44,404 bases of DNA. Origin: Candidatus Omnitrophota bacterium (GTDB lineage: Bacteria; Omnitrophota; Gorgyraeia; Duberdicusellales; 4484-171). Location: assembly GCA_020343695.1 (NCBI GenBank), contig CP070807.1, positions 1,320,252-1,364,655 of the forward strand. Reading direction: 5' to 3'. The notes beneath the pieces are model-generated. The model was not told the origin of the DNA and did not search any database. It saw only the letters and a list, made by a program, of their open reading frames with translations. Below, piece by piece: positions 10,323 through 18,087 of this stretch. The position numbers were made by a program, and so were the translations under genes. Each line of letters begins with the position of its first letter. The first letter of the stretch is position 1.

Positions 10323-11500
10323 AAGTATTACACGTCGTACCGAGCTATATTCCTGCCTATCGCTATGGTGGGTCTATTACAGCGACCCACTCACTATGTA
10401 AGGCATTAGCAGATAAAGGAGTCGAAGTTTCAGTATTTACTACCAACATAGATGGAGATACGGTTTTAGATGTCCCCACTCATCATCCTCAAAACAGAGA
10501 CGGCATACAGGTTACGTATTACCCAGTAAGTTTTATGAGACCATACTGTTATAGCAGAGGATTGTCGGGAGCGCTCAAAGAGAACCTTAAGCAATTTAAC
10601 ATCATTCATATCCACTCAGTGTATCTCTACCCTACTTTTATTGCAGCCTATTGGTGTCGTCGATACCAGAAGCCTTATATACTCAATCCTTTTGGTGCGC
10701 TCGATCCGTCTATGATTAAATTAAAGGGGCGCATCAAAAAAACTCTTTACATAAAGTTTATTGAGAGCCGTACTATCAAAAGCGCACAGCGTATTCATGT
10801 TGCCTCTGCGTATGAGAAAGAAAGGCTCTATGCGTTAGGATTTCGTGTCCCTACAGCGATAATTCCCGTAGGGCTTAACATGAGTGAGTCTTACGATGCC
10901 TGCGCACTGCCAGATTTCTTAGAAGAGGAGTACCCTCTCCTGAAAGGAAAGAAGAAAGTATTGTTTTTAGGAAGGCTACACCCAAAGAAAGGGTGCGATA
11001 TCCTTGCCTCTGCATTTAAAATGATAATCGAAAGAACCAAGGATGTATATTTAGTCATTGCAGGATCGGGCTCAGCGAGTTATCTTAAGAAGATAAAGGG
11101 TTTATTCAGGAAAATTGGCATAGACAGACATGTTTTCTTTACAGGGATGCTTCTGGGAGAAAAGAAATTGTCAGCGTTTTACCATAGCGACATTTTTGTT
11201 CTCCCTTCTTATGGAGAAAACTTTGGAGTAGCGGCATTAGAGGCAATGGCCGCTAAACTGCCAGTTGTAATTACCAATTGCGTAGGGCTTTCGCCCGATG
11301 TAGAAGAATATAGAGCCGGTACTGTGATAGAACCTGATTCCCTCAGCGTCGCAACAGCGATTATGAATTTATTAGAAAACGCACCCTTAAGAGAATCGAT
11401 GGGCCAGAATGGAAAAAGACTTGTTGAAGAAAGATTTACATGGGATCACGTAGCAGATAAGGCGATTAAGGTATATGAGGAGCTATTGAGGGTAGAGTAA
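10319..11500 (+). CDS. Glycosyltransferase family 4
   Basis: LFLGRLHPKKGCDIL ... LPSYGENFGVAALEAMAAKLPVVITNCVGLSPDVEE. ATGA overlap with the upstream gene. Confidence 0.85.
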   Translation: MKVLHVVPSYIPAYRYGGSITATHSLCKALADKGVEVSVFTTNIDGDTVLDVPTHHPQNRDGIQVTYYPVSFMRPYCYSRGLSGALKENLKQFNIIHIHSVYLYPTFIAAYWCRRYQKPYILNPFGALDPSMIKLKGRIKKTLYIKFIESRTIKSAQRIHVASAYEKERLYALGFRVPTAIIPVGLNMSESYDACALPDFLEEEYPLLKGKKKVLFLGRLHPKKGCDILASAFKMIIERTKDVYLVIAGSGSASYLKKIKGLFRKIGIDRHVFFTGMLLGEKKLSAFYHSDIFVLPSYGENFGVAALEAMAAKLPVVITNCVGLSPDVEEYRAGTVIEPDSLSVATAIMNLLENAPLRESMGQNGKRLVEERFTWDHVADKAIKVYEELLRVE

Positions 11501-11531
11501 CCATACCCTTTTGATGAAGACGGAGGCCAGA

Positions 11532-12371
11532 ATGGAACGAGAAGCAAAAATTCCCATATCAGTTATTATTATTACCTTTAACGAACAAGACAATATAAAA
11601 GAGTGTATTGATAGCGTCTACGATTGGGCGGATGAGATATTTATTGTTGATTCGGGCAGCACCGATAAAACGTTATCTATTGCCAAACAGTATACCGATA
11701 AGGTCTACGATCATCCATTTGAAAATTATGCAGTACAGCGGAATTGGGCCCAAAGTAGACTTCCCATACGAAATGAGTGGATATTCCATCTTGATGCCGA
11801 TGAGAGGGTAAGCAACGAACTCATCGCCGAGCTAAAAGAAGTGGTTTGTGCAGAGGCCCAAGTGGATGGGTTTATGGTGGCAAGGAAAACGATTTTTAGA
11901 GGCAGGTGTATAAAGCATGGTGGCCACTATCCTGTCTACCATATGCGGATATTCAAGAAAAGTAAAGGCAGATGTCAAGATAGGCTTTATGATCAACATT
12001 ATGAGGTGAAAGGAAAAACCATCAAGCTGAAAGGAGATATCGTAAATATTATTACTCCCGATATTACTGTATGGAAATCCCGACATAGAAAATGGGCTTA
12101 TTTAGAGGCTGTAGAAATTTTATCGAACAAACACAGAATACTGAATGTTACATTAAAAGGTAGCCCGATAGAAAAACGACGCTGGTTCAGATATAAGATT
12201 TACTATAGAATGCCTCTGTTTATTCGTGCCTGGGTGTACTATGTGTACCGTTATGTTTTTCGGTTAGGTTTTCTTGATGGAAAGCAAGGACTCATTTTTC
12301 ATTTCTTGCAGGGGCTGTGGTATAGATTCTTGGTAGATTACGAACTCTGTAAGCGCATAAGAATACATTAG
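11532..12371 (+). CDS. Glycosyltransferase family 2 (WaaE/KdtX-like architecture)
   Basis: ISVIIITFNEQDNIKECIDSVYDWADEIFIVDSGSTDKT followed by HLDADER. I prefer the ATG at 11532 (GGAGG at 11522-11526, 5-nt spacer) over the track's TTG at 11511. Confidence 0.8.
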   Translation: MEREAKIPISVIIITFNEQDNIKECIDSVYDWADEIFIVDSGSTDKTLSIAKQYTDKVYDHPFENYAVQRNWAQSRLPIRNEWIFHLDADERVSNELIAELKEVVCAEAQVDGFMVARKTIFRGRCIKHGGHYPVYHMRIFKKSKGRCQDRLYDQHYEVKGKTIKLKGDIVNIITPDITVWKSRHRKWAYLEAVEILSNKHRILNVTLKGSPIEKRRWFRYKIYYRMPLFIRAWVYYVYRYVFRLGFLDGKQGLIFHFLQGLWYRFLVDYELCKRIRIH

Positions 12372-12399
12372 AGACAAAAGAAGGCAGGAAAGTAGAGTT

Positions 12400-14139
12400 A
12401 TGAATATATTGGGCATAAATGCATACCATCCCGATTCTTCAGCAGCACTTATTGTAAATGGAAAGCTTGTGGCTGCCGTTGAAGAAGAGCGGTTTACACG
12501 CATTAAGCACTTTGCAGGATTTCCCAAAGATTCTGTGAAGTATTGTTTACGGGAAGGACGACTTAATCTAGGCGATATAGATTATATTGCTCTGCCTCGC
12601 TCCCCTTATGCCAGGTTCCTTAAGAAGATGTATTATGGTGTAAAAATACCCGCGCTTCTGTGCCACCGTCTCTATGCCTGGGAAAAAACCCTTACAGTAA
12701 AGCGAAAGTTATCAGACCTTTTTGGTATCGATGAGAGCCTGATAAGAGCTAAGATTGTGAAGGTAGAACATCACAGAGCTCACCTTGCCTCTTCTTTCTT
12801 TGTGTCAAATTTCGAGGAAGCGTTTCTCTTTTCAGCAGACGCGCTTGGAGATTTTGGCTCAACTGTATGGGGTATTGGCAAAGGAAATTCAATACGAGTT
12901 CTCGGCGAAGTGGCCTTCCCTCACTCATTAGGTTTCTTTTATACAGCGCTCACACAATACTTAGGGTTTCTCAAGTTTGGTGATGAGTATAAAGTGATGG
13001 GGCTGGCTGCCTACGGTAAAGATGCGTTCGGTGATGAGCTGAAAGAGATTGTGCAGATCAAAAAGGATACTTTCCATCTCAATCTTAAGTATTTTCTGCA
13101 CCACAAAAAATATATCGATATGAATTTTGAAGATGGTTATCCCCACCTCGATTTAATTTTTTCACCGTATCTTGAGAAAAGATTGGGAGCTAGGAGAGGT
13201 CCTGGTCAGCCGATAGAGGCCAGACACAAAAATATCGCTTTTAGTTTACAGAAGAGGTTAGAAGAGGTGTTATTTTGCCTTTTGAAGACTCACTCTTTAA
13301 AGGGTTATTCAAACCTTTGTCTCTCTGGAGGAGTGGCTTTTAACTGTGTGGCGAACGGCAAAATCTTTGAGAATACACAATTTAATGAGGTATATATTTC
13401 TCCTGCACCAGGAGACGCGGGGTTAGCTATAGGAGCTGCCTTTTATCTATGGAATCAAGCGTTGGGTAAACCGAGGCAGTTTGTTATGGAACACGCCTAC
13501 TGGGGACCAGCCTATTCAGAGACCGAAATAGGGTGCCAGATTGAAGCACGAAAAGGAGATTTCCAAAAAAGTGGATGCACAATAAAGAGGATTAACAACG
13601 AAGATGAATTGTGCGAGATGACCGCAGGGGAAATCGCTCAAGGGAAAGTAATCGGCTGGTTTCAGGGAAGAGTAGAATGGGGGCCACGCGCCTTGGGAAA
13701 TCGAAGCATCGTCGTTGACCCGAGGAGAGAAGAAATGAAAGCTACTCTCAACAGGAGAATAAAGCACAGAGAGCCGTTTAGGCCTTTTGCCCCCTCAATT
13801 TTAGAGGAAGACATTTCGGATTATTTTAAGTGCTCTCACCTATCACCCTTCATGCTTTTTGCCTTTGAGGTAAAAGATGAAGAGAAAGATGCGATTGCTG
13901 CGGTGGTGCATACCGATGGCAGCGCACGCCTTCAGACAGTAGCAAAAACCACAAATCCTCGCTATTGGAGACTGATAGATGCGTTTAAGAAAGCTACGGG
14001 GGTACCTGTTGTGCTCAACACTTCGTTCAATGAAAATGAACCTATTGTGTGTACACCCCAAGAAGCCATTGATTGTTTTTTGCGTACCGAAATGGATATT
14101 CTCGTAATCGGTGAGTTCGTAATCAGAAAACACTCTTAA
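12400..14139 (+). CDS. Carbamoyltransferase, NodU/CmcH family
   Basis: The N-terminus MNILGINAYHPDSSAALIVNGKLVAAVEEERFTRIKHFAGFP and the C-terminal HTDGSARLQTV ... VLNTSFNENEPIVCTP are hallmark Carbam_trans_N / Carbam_trans_C motifs. Length is 579 aa. Confidence 0.9.
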   Translation: MNILGINAYHPDSSAALIVNGKLVAAVEEERFTRIKHFAGFPKDSVKYCLREGRLNLGDIDYIALPRSPYARFLKKMYYGVKIPALLCHRLYAWEKTLTVKRKLSDLFGIDESLIRAKIVKVEHHRAHLASSFFVSNFEEAFLFSADALGDFGSTVWGIGKGNSIRVLGEVAFPHSLGFFYTALTQYLGFLKFGDEYKVMGLAAYGKDAFGDELKEIVQIKKDTFHLNLKYFLHHKKYIDMNFEDGYPHLDLIFSPYLEKRLGARRGPGQPIEARHKNIAFSLQKRLEEVLFCLLKTHSLKGYSNLCLSGGVAFNCVANGKIFENTQFNEVYISPAPGDAGLAIGAAFYLWNQALGKPRQFVMEHAYWGPAYSETEIGCQIEARKGDFQKSGCTIKRINNEDELCEMTAGEIAQGKVIGWFQGRVEWGPRALGNRSIVVDPRREEMKATLNRRIKHREPFRPFAPSILEEDISDYFKCSHLSPFMLFAFEVKDEEKDAIAAVVHTDGSARLQTVAKTTNPRYWRLIDAFKKATGVPVVLNTSFNENEPIVCTPQEAIDCFLRTEMDILVIGEFVIRKHS

Positions 14140-14158
14140 TCTACGAGGGAGGCGGTTT

Positions 14159-15124
14159 ATGGAGAGAGTTCTTGTAACCGGTGCAGGTGGTTTCATTGGG
14201 CACCACCTTGTAAAGTTCCTCAAAAAGCATGGGTATTGGGTAAGAGGCGTGGATAGAAAGCATCCTGAGTTCGAAAAAACGTCTGATGATGATTTCAAAA
14301 TATCAGACCTTCGCGAATCGAAAAATTGTATGAAAGCTTGCAAGCGAATAGATTACGTATACCAACTCGCTGCTGATATGGGTGGTATAGGATATATTAC
14401 GGAATATCACGCTCCGGTAACAAGAAACAATGCCCTTATCAACCTACACATGCTTGAGGCAGCACACACAAATAATGTGAAGAAATACCTCTTTACGAGT
14501 AGTGCATGCATCTACCCTCAATATTTACAAAATAAAGCAGATGCTAAAGCCCTTAAAGAGGAGGATGCCTATCCCGCAGATGCTGAACCTGGCTATGGAT
14601 GGGAAAAGTTATTTGCAGAACTCGCTAGTCAATATTACAGGCAAGATTATGGGCTCAAGACCTATATAGTTAGGTTTCATAATATCTTTGGCCCTCAAGG
14701 AACATATGAAGGTGGGAGAGAAAAATCTCCCGCGGCTATCTGCCGTAAGATTGCTCTCGCAAAAGATGGTGATGCAATCACAATTTGGGGCGATGGAAAG
14801 CAAACACGTTCTTACTGCTACATTGATGATTGCGTTGAAGGCATTTATCGATTAATACAATCTGATTATCATAACCCAATGAATTTAGGTCAGGGCCGCC
14901 TGGTGACTATCGATGAACTCGTAGAGATCGTTGCAAAGATTGCGGGTAAAACGATCACCAAAAACCATGATATCAGTAAGCCTTTAGGGGTGATGGGCAG
15001 AAACGCAGATATTAGCTTGGCAAAAAAAGTACTTGGCTGGGAGCCTAAGGTTTTGCTTGAGAAAGGGTTAGAGATCACCTATAGATGGATAGAAGCTCAA
15101 TTACTCAAAACAGGGCGTCTGTAG
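14159..15124 (+). CDS. NAD-dependent sugar epimerase of the GDP-mannose 3,5-epimerase (GME) type
   Basis: VTGAGGFIGHHL (Rossmann loop). LAADMGGIGYI, SSACIYPQYLQ, RFHNIFGPQGTYEGGREKSPAAICRK and WGDGKQTRSYCYIDDCVEG closely parallel the plant GME sequence as I recall it (LAADMGGMGFI, SSACIYPEFKQ, RFHNIYGPFGTWKGGREKAPAAFCRK, WGDGLQTRSFTFIDECVEG). This includes the catalytic Cys and Lys positions. Confidence 0.85.
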   Translation: MERVLVTGAGGFIGHHLVKFLKKHGYWVRGVDRKHPEFEKTSDDDFKISDLRESKNCMKACKRIDYVYQLAADMGGIGYITEYHAPVTRNNALINLHMLEAAHTNNVKKYLFTSSACIYPQYLQNKADAKALKEEDAYPADAEPGYGWEKLFAELASQYYRQDYGLKTYIVRFHNIFGPQGTYEGGREKSPAAICRKIALAKDGDAITIWGDGKQTRSYCYIDDCVEGIYRLIQSDYHNPMNLGQGRLVTIDELVEIVAKIAGKTITKNHDISKPLGVMGRNADISLAKKVLGWEPKVLLEKGLEITYRWIEAQLLKTGRL

Positions 15125-15129
15125 ATAGG

Positions 15130-16371
15130 ATGGACTTAAAACACATTTTAATTATTAATAGGTCATTCTGGCCAGACATTGAAGCAACTGGTCAATTCTT
15201 GACTGAGCTCTGCGAGCACTTAGTAAAAAAATATAGAGTTACAGTCATCGCAGGGCGCTCCTATTATGTGAAAAAAGATATATTTGAGCCGGCGGCATTC
15301 TATGGGAAAGAGAAATTGAAGGGAGTAGAAATCTTAAGAGCCCGCCACACAGTGTTTTGGAAGGGGTCTCTTATAGGCAGACTCCTGAATTGGTTTACGT
15401 ACGGCATATTGACTTTCTTTATCGCCTTAAGAACGAAACCAGACGTTGTGATTGCCTGTACAGATCCGCCTTTTCTTGGAATTTTGGCGTTGATTGTAAG
15501 CCGGATAAAATCCGTTCCTTTCATATACAATTGTCGGGATGTATATCCTGATGTGGTATTGGAATTAGGTCATCTGAAGCCCAATCTCTTGAGCGCATTC
15601 TTCGATTCATTAAATAAAAAAGCGTTTAAGAGAGCGTCTTATGTTGTGTGTTTAGGCCATAGTATGGAGAGTAGGCTTAAGGCCAAAGGCGTCTTTTCAG
15701 AGAGAATCAAGGTAATTTCGGATTGGACAGATGTTTCTGTGATACAGCCAGTTCCTAAAGAAGAGAACCCCTTTTTAGAAAGCGTTGGGCTCAAGAAAGA
15801 AAATTTTACTATTATGTACTCAGGCAATCTCGGTTTTTCGCATAATTTTCATTCGATACTTCATTCATTAGCTCTCATGCAAGAACGTTTCCTCTTCCAT
15901 TTAATATTTATAGGGGAAGGGGTAGGAAAGACAAAACTCATGAGAGATGCGCAGCGTTTCGGGTTAAAAAATATTTTATTCCTTCCTTACCAAACGAAAG
16001 AAAACCTTCGATTTTCTCTCTCGGCAGGCGACCTTCATCTTGTTCCTTTGGGTAAAGGGTTGGCTGGTGCCAGCGTACCGAGCAAGACATATGGCATTAT
16101 GGCAGCAGGAAGACCCTATTTGGCTTTAACTGACAGAGAGAGTGAACCGGCATATCTTGCTGAGGAATTTGGATGCGGATTGTGGGTTTCTCCTGATAAT
16201 ATAAAAGCAATCACACAAACTATTGAGTGGGCTTTTGGTCATCAGGATAAGTTGAAAGAGATGGGTAGAGTCGCTCGTCGCATCGCAGAAACACAGTTTG
16301 ATAAGAGCGTAGTAATCGACCAGTGGCATAAAATTTTGGATGCGTTTGGTGATTTTCAAAAGAACTACTAA
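15130..16371 (+). CDS. Glycosyltransferase family 4, WcaI/WbuB-like
   Basis: ILIINRSFWPDIEATGQFLTELCEHL is the typical WcaI-type N-terminus, and the C-terminal half is GT4-like (YSGNLGFSHNF ...). The start is moved to the ATG at 15130. The track's 15085 start would overlap the epimerase by 40 nt and adds 15 non-conserved residues. Confidence 0.8.
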   Translation: MDLKHILIINRSFWPDIEATGQFLTELCEHLVKKYRVTVIAGRSYYVKKDIFEPAAFYGKEKLKGVEILRARHTVFWKGSLIGRLLNWFTYGILTFFIALRTKPDVVIACTDPPFLGILALIVSRIKSVPFIYNCRDVYPDVVLELGHLKPNLLSAFFDSLNKKAFKRASYVVCLGHSMESRLKAKGVFSERIKVISDWTDVSVIQPVPKEENPFLESVGLKKENFTIMYSGNLGFSHNFHSILHSLALMQERFLFHLIFIGEGVGKTKLMRDAQRFGLKNILFLPYQTKENLRFSLSAGDLHLVPLGKGLAGASVPSKTYGIMAAGRPYLALTDRESEPAYLAEEFGCGLWVSPDNIKAITQTIEWAFGHQDKLKEMGRVARRIAETQFDKSVVIDQWHKILDAFGDFQKNY

Positions 16372-16991
16372 TGGATACACTCCTTAAAAGAATGCTCGAT
16401 GTCTCTTTCGGATGCGTGGTTATTGCAGCATCACTGCCTCTATGGTGTTTGTTTATCTTGTTAATCTGGATTGAAGAAAACCCTCCTATATTTTATATCC
16501 AGGAAAGAGTGGGCAAAAATGGAAATGTTTTTAAAGTGGTAAAGTTCCGTACAATGAGCGCTGCCGAACGAGTGGAGACATCTTTCGCAAAGTTTTTGCG
16601 GATCACAGCGCTCGATGAACTCCCTCAAATTCTCAATATTATTAAAGGAGACATGTCATTTGTCGGACCGAGGCCATTAATCAATAGAGAAATGGAGATG
16701 ATGAGGGATGAGGCGCTCTTCGCAGAAAGGATAAGGGTTCAACCGGGCTTAACCGGTATTGCGCAGGTGTTGCTTCCCAAAGACGCGCCCCTGCAAGAGA
16801 AATTTTTATATGATGTCTGGTATGCTCGCAACCGTAATGCTATAATGGATATTAAGCTTATCGCAATTTCTTATCTCATTACTTTTATGGGGCGTTGGGA
16901 ATTGAATGTTGAGAAGATCCAGGTGTTACATAACTTACAGAGGAGAATTGATACTGATCTAGTGCATTTAAAAGAAGCTGGCGATGCATGA
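16371..16991 (+). CDS. Monotopic phosphoglycosyl transferase (bacterial sugar transferase, PglC/WbaP-C/EpsL type), priming enzyme
   Basis: One N-terminal hydrophobic re-entrant segment. KVVKFRTMS, LDELPQILNIIKGDMSFVGPRP and the WYARN region are canonical Bac_transf motifs, including the Asp-Glu dyad. TAATG overlap with the upstream gene. Confidence 0.9.
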   Translation: MDTLLKRMLDVSFGCVVIAASLPLWCLFILLIWIEENPPIFYIQERVGKNGNVFKVVKFRTMSAAERVETSFAKFLRITALDELPQILNIIKGDMSFVGPRPLINREMEMMRDEALFAERIRVQPGLTGIAQVLLPKDAPLQEKFLYDVWYARNRNAIMDIKLIAISYLITFMGRWELNVEKIQVLHNLQRRIDTDLVHLKEAGDA

Positions 16992-18087
16992 ACTGATTAT
17001 TATTGGCTCAGGCCCAATTGGTTGCTATCTTGGACAACTTCTTAAAAAACGAGGGGTTAGTCCTGTGCTCATTGAAGAACATAAGGAGTTAGGTAAGCCC
17101 ATCCACTGCGCAGGGTTAGTAGGAAGGAAGGTTTTTGAGGAAACGCACATTCCGCTCTCTTCAGATTGTATTATTAATACGATAAATGGCGCAGTGATTC
17201 ATCTCGAGGACGATGTGATGCATATTCGAAGGAAAGAAGTTGCTTATGTAATTGATAGAGAAAAATTTGATAAAAAATTAGGTGAGAATTTAACAATTCA
17301 TTTTGAAACAAAGTTTTTGGGATTAGAGAAGGAAGGGGCCCGTTATATTGTTGAGACGGATAAAGGCGATTTTGAAGCAGATACTGTCATCGGTGCTGAT
17401 GGTGCAAAATCATTAGTAAGAGAATTTGTGAGCCCCAACCACATGAGTTATCTTAAAGGAGTACAGTTCCGCATGGAGTGTAAGCCCCACTATAGCGATA
17501 TGGTAGAGGTGTATATCGAAAAGCCACATTTTTATTGGATTATTCCTGAAGCGAACAACCGTATTCGCATCGGAGTTCTCTCTCAAACCCCCTATCACGA
17601 CCTTCTTAATTTCATAAAAGAGAGAAAATTGGAAGGTACAATATTAGAGAAATTTGCAGGGATGGTCCCTTTAACCCATTTTGCTCCTATCTCGAAAGAG
17701 AGGATATTTCTTATAGGCGATAGTGCGTCTCAATTGAAACCTCTGACCTATGGGGGAATATATATGGGGATGAGGGGTGCAGAGATGCTTGCTGAATGCA
17801 TTGCCAGAAGAGATCTTGCCGCATATAGCCCACTTTGGACAAAGAGGTTTGGCAGAGAGCTGGGAATGGCCCTTAAAGCACGCGAGCTTTTCTTCAGGCT
17901 CACCGATGATGATGTGAGGAGAATATTTGCGTTCGTGAAAAAGAGAGTTGCTATAATAGAAGAAAGGGGGGATTTTGAAAATCATGCGTCTCTGGTATGG
18001 GAGTTTTTGAAAGATCCTGGAACTTCCAAAGAAATTCTTAATATACTTTTTAAAATTATCAAGGCAAGTTTACCGAATGGCTTATGA
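16984..18087 (+). CDS. FAD-dependent oxidoreductase of the geranylgeranyl reductase family
   Basis: IIIGSGPIGCYLG (dinucleotide fold), IHCAGLV (conserved Cys region), VIGADGAKSLVRE, HFYWIIP (YxWxFP-like motif) and LIGDSASQLKPLTYGGI. The 8-nt overlap ATGCATGA joins it to the priming transferase. Confidence 0.8.
   Translation: MHELIIIGSGPIGCYLGQLLKKRGVSPVLIEEHKELGKPIHCAGLVGRKVFEETHIPLSSDCIINTINGAVIHLEDDVMHIRRKEVAYVIDREKFDKKLGENLTIHFETKFLGLEKEGARYIVETDKGDFEADTVIGADGAKSLVREFVSPNHMSYLKGVQFRMECKPHYSDMVEVYIEKPHFYWIIPEANNRIRIGVLSQTPYHDLLNFIKERKLEGTILEKFAGMVPLTHFAPISKERIFLIGDSASQLKPLTYGGIYMGMRGAEMLAECIARRDLAAYSPLWTKRFGRELGMALKARELFFRLTDDDVRRIFAFVKKRVAIIEERGDFENHASLVWEFLKDPGTSKEILNILFKIIKASLPNGL

Noticed and set aside
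13843-14343. 166-aa minus-strand ORF spanning the carbamoyltransferase/epimerase junction
   Set aside because: It overlaps two strongly supported + strand genes and their SD region, and it has no recognisable domain. The same reasoning applies to the minus-strand ORFs at 3559-3954, 5075-5410, 18605-18931, 35104-35559, 41496-41822, 43246-43566 and 43922-44230.
15085-15129. Upstream extension of the WcaI-like GT (track start 15085)
   Set aside because: It would overlap the epimerase gene by 40 nt. The conserved GT4 N-terminus begins right after the ATG at 15130.
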